NCBI GenBank assembly: GCA_002104945.1
Contig: MCFH01000002.1
Span: forward strand, 868,001 to 932,000
Length of the DNA stretch: 64,000 bases
Source: Piromyces finnis finn
Taxonomy: Eukaryota; Fungi; Neocallimastigomycota
Direction: 5' to 3'
In this document: piece by piece, positions 29,344-43,694 of the stretch
Position numbering within the stretch: the stretch's first letter is position 1
How the letters are laid out: each line of letters begins with the position of its first letter
The notes under the pieces: model-generated
What the model saw: the letters and a program-made list of their open reading frames with translations, nothing else
Told to the model about the DNA's origin: nothing
The model's database searches: none
Made by a program: the position numbers and the translations under genes

Positions 29344-32259
29344 ATGAGTAATATGGATAAAATTACGGAATTGTGTCAGAATAATGATAATGAAGATGTA
29401 AACAATATACAGAAACAAGTGGGCTTAACAAGTGATGCTGATAAAGAAATTGATGCATTTCCTACATCAATTAGTAATAAAGACTGTACTAATACAGTAA
29501 ATAAGACCACAAATGCATTAAATCGAAGAAGTGTATTTAGGAAGAGATCATCGACAGAAAGTGCAGTTATGTTTGAAAGTCCAAAACTTCAACCAAGAAC
29601 ACGTAGATTCTCAAGGCCTTTAATAGAGTCTGTATTAAAAAATAATGATAAACAAAATCGGTTATCAAAAATAATTGAAAAACGTCATTCAAGATTATCT
29701 CAACACATTCTTAAATATATTCAGTTATATATTAAAATTAATGGATGTCAAGATTTTTCAATAACAGTTGAAAAGAAAAAAACAGTTGAGGATTTAATTC
29801 ATCAAATTGAGGCTGAATACGCATTCCAATTTTTATTTCCAAAAAATAAAAATATTGGAGAACTTAAAAAAGAGTTTAGTGAACCTTATCTACTTACAAA
29901 TCAACAATTTGAATGTAATGCTATAATGAATTCTGATGGAGATATTTTAAAGTATACAGATGTTGTTGGCGATGTTTTTGATATGTTTGATACAGTTGTA
30001 TGCACAAATGTTTATGAAGGTAGTAATATATTAGTATTTTACTATAATTATTTTTAAAAATATTAAATATAATTCATTTTCTTTATTATTTAAATTCATG
30101 TATTAGAGAAAATTCCTGTAAGAGATACTTATAGAATACTTAATGATATATCGGATAAAGAAATCGATAGTGAAAAAGGAACTGAAGAGAATAGTTCATA
30201 TAAAAATACTCAAATGGATGTTATTCAAGAACAACAAATAAATGATAATGATAAAAATGTAATGAAAAATAAAATAAATAATGAAAAAGTATATAGTATG
30301 CTTAATAATTTATCTTTAGATGAGAGATTCCAGAGTATATTACATAATAAGATTACTCTAAATGTATTTTATACATTTTGTTTAAAAGAATATTCTGTTG
30401 AAAATATACTATTTTGGTTAGATATTGAAATACTCCAAACAGTAAATAAAGAACAATTAGAACTTTATTCTAAATATATATATTATACATACATTGATGA
30501 TAGAGCTCCATTGCAAATAAGTATTACTGAAGAAATTAGGTCTGAAATAGATATTGATAAAATAGACTACTCAGATTCGAAAGCACGCGAAGTATATGAT
30601 GATGCTCAAGAACATATATATATATTGCTAAAGACTTGTTTATATCAAAAATTTGAAAATAATAAAATATATAATAAATTAGTTGAATATAAGAAAAATA
30701 GTAAATATATAATCATTTACATATAATAATATACATTAAAAAAAATAAACATATTTATAATTATTATTATTATTATATATACATATATTATATTATATTA
30801 ATATTTGTAACTTTTAGATAGAAGTGAATATGAAAAAAACAGAATTCTTGGTTACTTTGGAAATTATTATAAACCTGATTATGATGTAATTGAAGAAAAA
30901 TTAGAATTTATAAGAACTAAAAATTCTGAAAGTAAAGACATCGAAAATAACTCAAGTAATACAGAAAATGAATCATATCATTTATTATATCAAAATAATT
31001 GGTTAAATTCAGCAATTTCACAAGGTGTTGTATTAAATAATGATGAAGAATTGAAAAAGTATATGAAGACAGGTGAAAGAAGAATAAAAGAGGTTAAAAA
31101 TATGAAATTACAAAAAGGTAAAAAATTAGCAAAATTCTTTGGAGAGATAGTTGATGTTGAAACCTTATGTCAACAAGTTAAAAAAATATCTAAACAGGAA
31201 GAAGAAACTAAGAATGACTCAACATTTGATTTAACATTAACTAAAAAGGAAGAAAAAAAGAGTGTACGGAATATAAAGAATGAATTTGATCAAGAAGAAA
31301 GAAAAAGATTAATTCGAAAGAATGAAAAATTGAATAGCGTTCTTGGTGAAACACTAACAGAGGATCAAATTAAGAATATTATAGATGTAGATAAAAGAAG
31401 GAAAAGAATGAAATATCTTCAACATTTCTTGTATAGTCAAGTGGATGATAAAGAAATTATCAATGAGATTAAAATTGAACAAGAAAAAGCAATGGTTGAA
31501 CGTAGATCTAATAAACTTAAAAAATACTTTGGTCAAGCTCCTCCTCCTGATTTAATTAATAATATATCATTCCAAATGGAAAATCGTCATAGACGTTCAA
31601 TCATATCATTAACATTATTAATGTCAAAGGAAAATGGTATTATTAATTTATTTAATATGATAAGTGATATAGAAAAACGTGAAGACCTTTTTGATGATAA
31701 AAGTAATATTTCTGTTCCAGCAGAGGTAACTATTTTTGAAGAAGAAAATGAAGAAGGGAATGATAATAAAAATAATATAGTAACTGAAGGAACAGGAAAT
31801 GATAATAATAACTGTAGCGGTATAGATAATGGTTATGAAAGTTATAGTGATTCTGAAGAATTTAGTGAATGTAATGTTGAATTACCTGAAAGAAAAGGAA
31901 GTGATATTACTGAAAATAGTATAAAAGACCAAAATGAATATATTTATGAAATATATGAAAATAAAAATATTGAATACTTAGTTGAAAGGAATGTATTTTT
32001 AACATTAGAAGAGTCAATTAATGAAGATATTACTGATCCTGAAACAAAGGAAGGTTTCAAAAGACAACTTTCATATTTAAGAGAAAGCTTTAGGAAGAAT
32101 AGTAGTAATATTAGAAGAATGTCTCAAATGAATAATACATTACTAATTAAAGATAAATCTGAAAAAATATGGAAGGGCTCAAACTTATTAAAACCAATGA
32201 TTGATAATGAAACTATTGTAAATAGAGATTATACAGATATTAGTGATGAATCTTCTTAA
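29344..32259 (+). CDS. RGS-domain protein with N-terminal ubiquitin-like domain and acidic tail, ~903 aa
   Basis: Exons 29344-30019, 30107-30700, 30818-32259, in frame. RGS: ILHNKITLNVFYTFCLKEYSVENILFWLDIE...YIDDRAPLQISI. UBL-like segment LYIKING...TVEDLIHQIE...VVGDVF. Confidence 0.8.
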
Positions 32260-32948
32260 TTTTTTTAATATTTAATTGTTTAATTATATATAATAAAATT
32301 AACAAGAAAACTAATTTTTGATATAAAAATATTTAAATTATATTAAAGTTATTTACTCTTTAATATTAATAGAATTAATAGTATAAATAATTATACTACA
32401 TTTTTAATAAAAATTTTATAAATTTTTATAATAATGTTATTATTTATTTAAATTATATAAGAAAATTTTTATTTTTAAACTATTATTTTCATTGATTTTT
32501 TATTTATAACATTTTTACATATAATCTGATGAAAAAGTAAAAATTTTTTTACAATGAACATTTATATACAATTTTGACTTTTTAGTTATATATATAGATT
32601 TTATAATATATAAATTATAGAATAATTTAGTATATTTCTATATATATTAATTATATACAACCATTATATTAAAATTTAAGTGATAATAATGTCAATTATT
32701 TTTTTTGACAAAATAATAATAATAGTAATAGTTTTTTTTTCTTTTTTTTTAATTTGTTACAACAGTTAATTATTATTGGAATATTATTATTGAATTACTA
32801 TTATTATTTCATATTTACTTTTGTTATAACATTTAATAAATATATATTAATTTTTTTTTCAAAAATGATAATATTCAAGCTTTGAAAATAAAAATAACAC
32901 TGAATTTTTTAATATTTTTTAAGTTTTATATAGTCACAAAATTGTTAT

Positions 32949-34514
32949 TCATAGAGAATATTCAGAATTTAATTTAATATTTTGGTGTTGTGGTATTATT
33001 TGAGTTGGATATTCAAATAATTGGTTTTGATATGTTTCATGATTTGTATCAATCACATATTGAATATTATAATTTAAATTTGGTTTTTGATTTAATAAAG
33101 AAGAATTAATACTTTGGATTTCGTATGGATTTTGAGTTCCAGAAATATATGACATCTGATTATTATACCAATTACAATCGATCCTTTGAGGTGTGTATGC
33201 CTCTGAATTAATACTTTGATATTGAGTATGTGGTGCCGATGATATATAAGTTGATGGTTCACTATTATTAAGTGAATCTATTTGAATGTAGTAATTATAA
33301 TCATTTTGTTCTGGATACATCATGTTATAATAATAATTTATTGAAGAATTTTGTGTTGGTTGATAAGAATATGAAGTATTAATCATTCCCGATGATTGAG
33401 ATGTAGAACTTGTAGCTGATGTAAAATTATTTGATTTTAAAACCATTGAGCTTCTTCCATTACATTCTTTACTGCTATTACTTTTTGTACTAAAATTATT
33501 ATTATAACTACTACTACTATTACTAACAGTACTATTACTTGCAGTAACATTTGATGCTGATCTAATATTATTTATTCCATTTTTTCTTTTCCTAGTGCGA
33601 GTGGTATGATTAGTTTTATTTGGAGTAACTATTCCTTTTTTAATAAGATCTTCCCATGTATTTTGAATAATTGTACTTGTTATTAAAGTTGTATCATTTC
33701 CATAAATTTCTAGAACTGACTTCCATAATATTTGAACCATTTTTTGGTCTTTGGTACATCTTCTTAGTGTTCTACATTGCCTTTCACCACATGGAAGTAC
33801 ACTAAAACCTTCAAGTTGCTTTAATAATATATTATATATAATTTTAATAAAATATGTAAAATATAGTTATATTAATTTATATTAATATTAGTATGATAAT
33901 ATACTGTTAAAACTCTGGATGCATCTACAAAACGATATACCGAGGCTCTTGAGAGTTTAAAAACTTCTTTAAAATATTGCTCCATTGTAGGATATTTATT
34001 TTTATAGAGTTTTTTGGTAATGATTTCTTTCATTGCCATTGCAGTTTTTTTAAACCGCTCTTGCTTATCATCACTATAATAAAATTATTTATTATTATTA
34101 GTAATTAAGTTTTTTTTTTATTTATTTATTAATATAAATTTATTATAAAAATCGATATAGGAAATAATAAATTTTTAATTCCATTTATCATAATATATAG
34201 TATTCAATATGTTAGTATTATTTTTATACTATACTCCTTCCATTTTATTAATATAATTTACATCGAAAATTAATTTTCGGTAAATAATTAAATTAATTTA
34301 TACTATATCTTTTTTTTTTTTCGACATTTAACAATAATTTTAAAAGTATATATAAAAATTAAATCTTTTATAATGTTTCAATTCCTTATTATTCCTATTA
34401 TCTTTATGTTATATGAAAGTTTTAATATTAATCAAATTTATCGACGAACCTAATTATTTTTTTATTTATAATCTCATCTTTAGTATGAAAATCATTTCCA
34501 TTTCCGGTATTCAT
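32949..34514 (-). CDS. Putative HTH-type DNA-binding protein with NLS and Ser/Asn/Tyr/Gln-rich tail, ~367 aa
   Basis: Exons 34514-34450 (inferred), 34073-33905, 33818-32949, in frame. Domain FKKTAMAMKEIITKKLYKNKYPTMEQYFKEVFKLSRASVYRFVDASRVLTQLEGFSVLPCGERQCRTL...LWKSVL, then RTRKRK. Confidence 0.7.
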
Positions 34515-36095
34515 TTTTTTTCAAGCAAATTAAAAATAATATTATTAATCCTTAAAATTTATATTCGATTTTAATATAAACAATTTTTTTAATTATCGAT
34601 AGTTTTTTTTGTTTAATATTTTTTCCTCATTTATATCAATACATCAATATTGATATATATTTTAAAAAAACAATGAAAAAAAAATATAAACTTGAAAAAG
34701 AAAAAGATTTTCAAAAATACAAAAAAATATTTAATTCAATTTGAAGAATTGTAATAATTAAATGCTAATAGTGTCATTATTAAATAATGATAGAAATTAA
34801 ATGGTATGTGTCTATAAACTTTTTCGTATATATTAAAATACTTTTAAGATTTATAAAATATCTTTTAAATATATATATGATTTAAATTTAAATAATTATA
34901 GGAAATATTTTAATAGAATTGCAAAGATATTAATAAACTTTATTATGATAATTATTGACTCGATTTTTAAAAAAATTTATAAAAAGATTTAAGAATAATG
35001 GTTTTAATAAAAAAGAGTTCCTTTAATTCATATTTTTAGTTATTTTATTTTAAAAATATAAATCAATATATATTAATATTTTTTGTTCTATAAATTATTT
35101 TTTTATTTATAGATATATGTTTTTGATATATAAATAAAAATTAAAAAAATATTATAAATGTTCTATTTTAGTAATTAGTATAATAGTTGTTAAAGTTAAT
35201 TATAATTAGTATTTTTCCAATTTAATTTATTAAGATCAATATTTTTTTTTTGAATTTATTATTAATAAAATTTATTATAAGAATCGTTTATTATTATTAT
35301 TTTCCGAGGTTTATAAATTCTAATATTTAAGGTTTTTTTTTTCAAATAATTTTATTTATATTTATTTTGGTAATATAAAAAAATAATCTGAAGTTGGAAC
35401 TATTAAATAGTAATTTATTTTAATAAAAAATTTAAAGAATTATAAAAGGTATTATGTAATTCCTATTAAATAATACAATTAAATAAATGATATTTAACAT
35501 TATGAATAAAATAAACCTTTATAAATGTGATTGAAGTAATGACGAATATATTCATATTTATTTTAATAGAAATATGCAGCGAAATATTACACTAATTATC
35601 ATTTTAAAATATAATATTTAAAAAAATAATATATATAATAATAAGTATAAAGACAACAACAACAATAATAACAACTGTAATAAAATGATCAAAGTAAAAA
35701 AGACTTTATAATTCTTTTTTGTACTTTTTATATAATAATTGAAGTCATATATATGTAAAAAGACAAGTTTTTAATATATTTTTTTTAAATGTTACATTCA
35801 ATTTTATTTGATATTTTTTTTTTAAAAATTATGGTTTTTTGAGTAAAGTTTTAATTTATTTAAACGATTTGTTTATTATTCGTTACAATAAAGTTTTCAG
35901 TTTTTGTTTTATATTTGTTTTCATTTCTTTTTTTTTTTATAAAGGATTATAAAAAAGATAAAAAAAAAATATAAATTTAAAAATAGTTTCTTTTTATTAT
36001 TGTTAGCATCATCATTATTATTGATCTATTATATTTTATTACAAAAATAAAGGATATGCAATAATTATTTAAGACATTTTAAAATAATATTAAAT

Positions 36096-38922
36096 ATGGC
36101 TGTATCAATATCACAGGAAAATATAAAAAAAGTAATGTTTTCAAATTCAGATAGTACATCTTTAAAAATATCATCAATAAAAAATGAAGGCTTAAATAAT
36201 TCTTTTGGATCTTCAGGATATTTAAATGGATCTATCACAAAAAAGAAATTACCGCCTATGAATGTGAATGATTGGAAAAAAACACCACAAGCAACAAGTC
36301 AATATTCAAAAGGTAGTCAAGGACTTAAAAGAATGGAGAATTTTTGTGAAGAACTTCAAAATAAAGTATATTAAATATTGTAATTAAGTAATAAATAATA
36401 TAACAATTCTTTTCACTAAAGAATATTTAATTAAAAAGTGTACAGAATATAGAGAAATCATAAATCAAGCTAAAAATGAAATTATAGATTTAAAAAGACA
36501 AATCCTTGATTTAGAAAGTAAAACAAACATTAGTATAAATAATTTATATATGAAAATATTTTTTTATTGTATTCTGATATATGATAAATTATATTCTAAA
36601 TTAAAGATGATATAAAGAAAAAGAATGATGAGATAGCATCTTTTAGACATATATGTAGAAAAAATAAATATTCAAAGAGAACATTGTAGGATATAATATA
36701 TATATAAATTTTGTATTAATTATGAAAGAATGGAGTTATTAATTTTTTTTTTATTTTAAAAGGAATGAAATTGAAGAGATGGTTCAAATAGAAGTAAATA
36801 GAAGAAAATCCTTAGAAAAACAAATTCAGGATTTAAAAAAACAAATTGAAGATGCAAACTTAAAAATTAAAAGATATAATGAGTAATTTTTTAAATAATA
36901 AAGAATAATAAAGTAATAATTATAATCAAAATTAAATTAAAAATTATCTTAATATTATTATTAATAATAAAGACAATATGAGGGGATTGAAGATAAACGA
37001 TATGAGTTAGAAGAGATTATAAATAAGCAAAAAAAAGAAAATTACAAATTAGAAAGTACAATAAAGTAAAAACATATATATAAATAATAAATATTATAAA
37101 AGATATTATTAATAATAGCATTAATAAAATGTTTATGTATATATTTTATAAAATATATCATAAATGAATAAAATTAGAGATCAACATTTTGAAATAGATG
37201 AATTAAAGGTTTCAGTAATTCAATTAAAGAGAACAATTGATGAGCAAAATCAATCAATAGAGTTAGTAAATATAAATAATATAATTATATATAATAATAT
37301 TCTTATAATGCATATATTCACAATTTATATATATAAAGAGAAACAAAAACATTGAATCAAAATCTTATAAATAAACAAGTAATATTGACAGAAGAAAATA
37401 CTAAATTAAAAAGTAAACTTAGGTACTACACTGATTAATATATGGATAAAAGTTATATATTATTTTTAAAGCTTTTATTTATGAATATTAAATATTATTA
37501 CATTCCATTATTTAAATAATTATACATATATCAATAAATTATTATTATTTGAAATAAAAGTGATACTCTTGAAGCAAATCAAGAGATGATTGATAATTAC
37601 CATTTAATTAAAGACCAAGATCAGGTCAATAAAGTTTATTATTCTCAAATTATTAAAAATTTTGAATCAACAAGTGTAGCTTTAGCAACAGCTAATGTAA
37701 ATAAATACAATAGTTTTAATTAATACTATTATTAGTAATTTAAAAATGAAACAAAAAATTAATATATATTTTTCCTTTAAAAAAGAAATCATATAAATTA
37801 TTAAAGAAAGAAGTGGAAGAATTGAAAAAACAAAAATTAGAAATAGAAGAAAACAATATTGAATTAGATAAAACTATAGCAAAGAAAAATAAAGAAATAT
37901 CAGATTTAGTAATTAAATTAAATACGACAATTCAAGATTATGAAATTAAACTTGAAAAAAAAGAAGAAGAAATGTGGGCACTTAGCTGCCAAGTAACAAA
38001 TTGTATTTTGAAATCTAATTTTAATTAGTATTAATACTATATATTTTTAAGATAAAAAATATCAAATTATTAAATATTCATATTTTTAATTCTAAAAGCT
38101 GAAATGAAAAAAAGTACATCCATATCAAATGAAAAGGTTATGATTGATTTAGAATCTAAATGGAAAGGTATTATATGTTTTTTTTTTTATTTCATACTTA
38201 ATTATATTAAATTTTATATAATTAATATATCAAAATTTGGGTTGATTAAAAATAGATAAGGATAAAGTCTTAAATGAAGAAATTCAAAATTTGACAGAAA
38301 AAATTATGGATAAGGATAACCGAATAATTGGTAAATCTTTTTTTAAAGTATCATTTAATATAATATATAATACAAAGAATTGGAATTTAAATTGTACAAA
38401 TAATTTTATTTTAGAATTAACAAAGGAAATACAAAGATTAAATCAAAAACAATTCCATTCAAGACTAAAAAATCTACGGTCAACAGAACAAAAAATGACA
38501 GAAAAAATTAACGAATATATTTTAACTGAGGAAAAACTAGAAATTATGTTTATATGTCCAAGATGTTTAAATATTTTAAAGGATCCGGTTACACTTTATC
38601 CTTGTGGTGTATGTTTTTATTCAAATAATAGTTTATAAATAATATATAAAATATATTATATTAATTGATGTTATAATATCACATATATATATATATATAG
38701 CATACATATTGTAAAGAATGTATGGAGACTATAAAAGAGGAAAACTACAATTCATTATACTGCCAAGAATGTACTATACCTGTAAAAAGCTTATTTGATA
38801 ATAAAATACTTAATAGAATATGTAATGAATTTTCAAAAAGACATGAAGTAACAAAAGCTCTTATGTTATCTCTAAATGAATTAGAACAAATTGATAAAGA
38901 TGAGAATGAGGAAAGAGAATAG
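36096..38922 (+). CDS. Multi-exon coiled-coil protein with C-terminal C3HC4 RING finger (probable E3 ligase)
   Basis: More than ten short exons encoding heptad-rich sequence. The last two give CPRCLNILKDPVTLYPCG|HTYCKEC...YCQEC. Internal exon boundaries not all resolved. Confidence 0.75.
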
Positions 38923-39530
38923 CTATTAAAAAAATTAAAAAAAATTATTCTTAAACGATTTATATATATTATAAATGTAATTTTAATATTTAAATTACTA
39001 TATACCAAAATTATTATTTTTTTTTATAATAATAATTAATATAATATTATAATATGAAATATAATTAGCATTTACAAGTATGGTTTTATTTATAGTTATT
39101 TAAAAGATGAAAATAAAGTTAAAATTAAAAAGAATATATTATTTTAATTATTAAAACAAATAAAATCAAAATATTTAATTAGTGATTACATCAATGAAAA
39201 TTAATAATTATTATATAATAATAATATATTTAATATTTCATATGTTCAAATGTTCATAAAATTGAAACATTTTAAATATTCTCAAAACATATGAATCTTA
39301 ATAATTATTTTATTGTTTTTTTTTTTTAAAAAATTTTTAATTTATTGCTAATTAAAAATTCATTAGTTTATTATTAATTAAAGAATTTTCATTCCAAATT
39401 AACAGTAAAATTTATGATGGAAGGTTATTTTCCTTTTTTTTTTTTAAACTATTTAATAGCTTAAAATATTAATATATATTCAAATTCCATTATTTATATA
39501 ATTTAATTGTGAATAAAGAGAAATAAAAAT

Positions 39531-41796
39531 ATGCCTAAGGCTATTGGAATTGGTAAATAGAAAGACATGTGATAGCATTAACTTTATCGTAAAGAAAATG
39601 ATAATAAAATAAATTAAAAAAATAAAAAGGGAGTTAAATACTAAATTACAAAAATGATAATTAAATCAAATACAGGAATATATTTATAAATATGTTTTAT
39701 TCATAAAAATACAAGATATTATTTATTTTATATATATAATAATGATAACCTAAAGAAGAAAAATAATTATAAGCTTTGTCATTAAAGTTAATTTATTTTT
39801 TATTATAATATATTATACAGAAATTTTTAAGAATACATAATAATGAAAAAAAAATTAATGGGAATTGATAAAATGAAAAGTTAAATTTAAAAATATACAA
39901 TAATTCTTTAAAATTTAAGTATCACATATATTTCATTCTTACAAATAATAATAATTTAGATAATAATAATAAATGTAATTTTTAAAAATGAAATCTAAAT
40001 ATATTTATATTATAATAAATATTATTCTCTTATTAAGAGAGTAATTGAAAAAAAGTTTATAAAATATATGAATAAAAGCATATATCAAAAAAAAAAAAAA
40101 AAAAAGAATAAAAAACATATAGAAATGTTAATATAAATGATATATAAATTAAAAATTTGAATTATATAATAATATACCATTGTTAATAATCAGATTTAAG
40201 TACCACTTATTCTTGTATTGGTATATGGCAAAATAATCGTGTTGAAATTATTCCAAATGATCAAGGTCATCGTACGTACCACTCCATCTTATAGCGTTTT
40301 ATTGGTGATGCTACTATGAATCGAGTTACCATGAATTCACAAAACACAGTTTTTGATGCTAAACGTCTTATTGGTCGTCGTTTTAATGATCTAGAGGTTC
40401 AGTCTGATATGAAGCATTGGTCATTTAAAAAAAGTGGTAAACCATATATTCAAGTCGAATTCAAGGGAGAAACTGAGAATTTCATTCCAGAAGAAATATC
40501 CTTCATGATACTTACAAAAATGAAGGATACTGCTGTTATTACTGTTCCTGCTTATTTCAATGACATTTGATGTTTCTCTTTTGACTATCGAAGATGTTAT
40601 TTTTGAAGTTAAAACTACTACTGGTAATACACACTTAAGTGGTTTGTTGATTACTCAAGAATTTAAATGTAAGTATAAAAAGGATATGACTAGCAATTCT
40701 TGTTCTCTTTGTCGTTTAAAAAATACATGTGAACGTGCTAAACGCACATTATCTTCTTCAGCACAAGCTTCTATTGAAATTGATTCTCTTTTTGAAATAT
40801 TGATTTCTATACATCAATTACTCGTGAAAGATTTGAAGAACTATGACGATGTCTTTTTCGTTCCACAATTGGTCCAGTAGAAAAGGTAATTCCTGATGCA
40901 AAACTTGATAAAAGTAATATTGATGAAATTGTCTTGGCTGGTAGCTCTACTAGTTCAATAACTTATTTCTGATTATTTTAATGGAAAAGAACCTAACAAA
41001 TCTATTAATCCAGATGAAGCTGGAGCTTACGGAGCTGTTATTCAAGCTGCTACCACTTTCATTAGGTATTAAAACCGCCGGTGGTGTCATGTCCCCATTA
41101 ATTAAGCGTATTACTACAATTCCAATTAAGAAATCCAATATATATTCTACATATACTGATAATCAATAAAGTGTACTTATTCAAATTTTTGAAGGTGAAC
41201 GTTCTTTAACAAAAGATGATAACCTTTTAGGTAAATTTGAATTAACTGGTATTCTACCAGCTCCATGTGGTATCCTACAAATTCTAGTAACTTTTGATGT
41301 TGATGCTAATGGTATTTTAAATGTATCTGCTTTAGGTAACACTACTAGAAAATCTAATAGATTACTATTACAAATAATAAAGGAAGATTGTCAAAAGAAT
41401 TGATCGTATGGTTAATTATGCTGAAAAATACAAAGCTGAAGATGAAGCTGTTGCTCAACGTGTTTAAGCCAAAATTTTTTTAGAAAGCTACGCCTATAAT
41501 CTTTGTAATTCTATTCAAGATGAAAAAATTGTATCTTAAAATTGATGATGTTGATAAAGAAAAATTAAAGTCATTGATGAAGTTATTGAATGATTAAATC
41601 ATAATTAAGAAGCAACTAAAGATGAATTGAAACAACATCAAAAGTAGTTGAAAAAGACAGCAAATCCAATTATGATGACAGTATATCAAGCTATTGGTGT
41701 TCCAGATAGTTTTCCAGAAGCTACTTCAAGTGTTTCAAAAGGAAGCAACTTAAGAGAAGATGACAAAAATGGTTCAACTGCTGAAGATGTTGATTA
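39531..41796 (+). pseudogene. HSP70: Decayed cytosolic HSP70 (SSA-type) pseudogene retaining its first intron
   Basis: ATG CCT AAG GCT ATT GGA ATT G|GT..intron..CAG|AT TTA (MPKAIGID L), then [68 protein letters not shown], ending ..AEDVD*. Many frameshifts, in-frame stops and deletions. Confidence 0.92.
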
Positions 41797-42194
41797 AGCT
41801 TATAATAAAAAAAGAATATATCATATATAATAATATTATTTTAATAGTTTCAATACTAAGAGAAATAATAATTTTTTAAAAGTAAAAAAAAAAAATAAAA
41901 ATAAAAAAATAAATAAAAAATATAAATAAAATATAATAAAATCATATATTAAATAATCCATTCCAATAAAAAAAAAAAATTTTTTTTTTAAAATTTTGAT
42001 CTATAATTTTATTTTTTAAATTTATTTATTAGAGTACAATATATAAGTACAATTATATATAATATATATAATAAAATAATAAATTATATTATATTATATT
42101 TATATATTTATTTAAGTTTAAAAATATATTTTCCCCCTTCTTTATCTTTAAATAAAGTAAAAAAAGAAAAAAAGAAAAAAAGAAAAAAAGCAAA

Positions 42195-43694
42195 ATGGTT
42201 TTAACTGAATTTGTTGAAGTTAACAGAAAAACCTTTGAAACTGACATTCAATGTTCTCTCTTACTTAACCAATATGAAAATCAAATTATTGAAATTGATA
42301 CTGGTATTGGTTTCTTAGATCATGTAAGAATCATAATTGTTTAGTTTATTATTCTTGGATTAATATTTTTTTTCATAATAAATCAAATTTCAAAATCATT
42401 TCCTGTAATAAATTATAAAATACCAAAGAAAACAAAAGAATGATAAAAAAACATGAGCAGATACAATAGGAAATATTAATTACAAAACAGATAATAATAG
42501 TGAATATTATAATAAAAATTTCCTTGGAATTAGATGAAATTTATCAAATTATCTTTTGGAGTTGGTACATTGAATATTTTTTTTTTAAAAAAAAAATGAT
42601 ACAAATTTAGACAATTATTCATAATATTATATTTAAAATATTCTAATTAATATTCGATTAAGTATAAAGTTAAGATTAAAGATTAAATATAAAATTTCAT
42701 TTAATTATAAATTTATTATTCAATGAAATTTCTCAATATAAATTTATATCTTTTAAAAGTTAAAATTATTTCTTTCTTTCTTTCTTTTTTTTTTTTTTTA
42801 ACTATTTACTTTTATTAAAAGAAACTTTATTATTATATATAAATAAAATTACCATATTATTGTTTTGTATCAATTAAATTCATTTATATATCATTTTTAT
42901 TTGTAAAAATTAAATCTCACTAGATGTTTACTGCTTTAGCTAAGCATGGACGTATGTCTTTAAAGCTTAAGTGTAAGGGTGATCTTTATATTGATGACCA
43001 TCATACTGCTGAAGATTGTGCTATTGTTTTAGGTATGGCTTTCAAGAAGGCTGTTGATGTTCCAAAGGGAATTAAACGTTTTGGTTATGCTTATGCTCCA
43101 TTAGATGAAGTAAATATTGCAATAATATATTTATCTATTATTATTGTTATTATTATCATTGAAAAATTAAAAAAAAAAAAAAATTAAATTTCAAAAAGGA
43201 AAGAAAAGAAATTGTAGCAATGTTTGAATATATATATTAAATGAATTATATAGACATATTAAAATTATTATATAATTATTAAAGTATTTAATTTATTTTA
43301 TAATTATGTATATATTTAAATAATTAGGCTCTTTCAAGAGCTGTTCTTGATATTTCTGGACGTCCATGTCCTGTTATTGATTTAGGTTTAAAGAGAGAAA
43401 AGGTTGGTGATTTATCTTGTGAAATGATTCCACATGTTTTACAATCCTTTGCCTATTCTGCTTGTATTACTCTTCACGTTGACTGTATTCGTGGTGACAA
43501 TGACCATCACAGGTAATATTTAATAATGCATTATTTATTAACTTTATTTATTCATTTTTTAAATAATATTAATTTATAAAAAATCTAATTTTAATAGAGC
43601 TGAATCTGCTTTTAAGGCTCTTGCTTTAGCTATTCGCAGTGCTCTTGAACCAAGTGGTGCTAATGATATTCCAAGTACTAAAGGTTCTTTATAA
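42195..43694 (+). CDS. HIS3: Imidazoleglycerol-phosphate dehydratase, 4 exons, ~198 aa
   Basis: Exons 42195-42323, 42924-43109, 43328-43512, 43598-43694. [53 protein letters not shown]. Confidence 0.97.

Noticed and set aside
39553-40192. U14 snoRNA in the HSP70 intron (as in vertebrate hsc70)
   Set aside because: No U14 domain A/B or C/D boxes found.
40316-41169. Separate functional small HSP70-like ORFs
   Set aside because: They are frameshifted fragments of one pseudogene.
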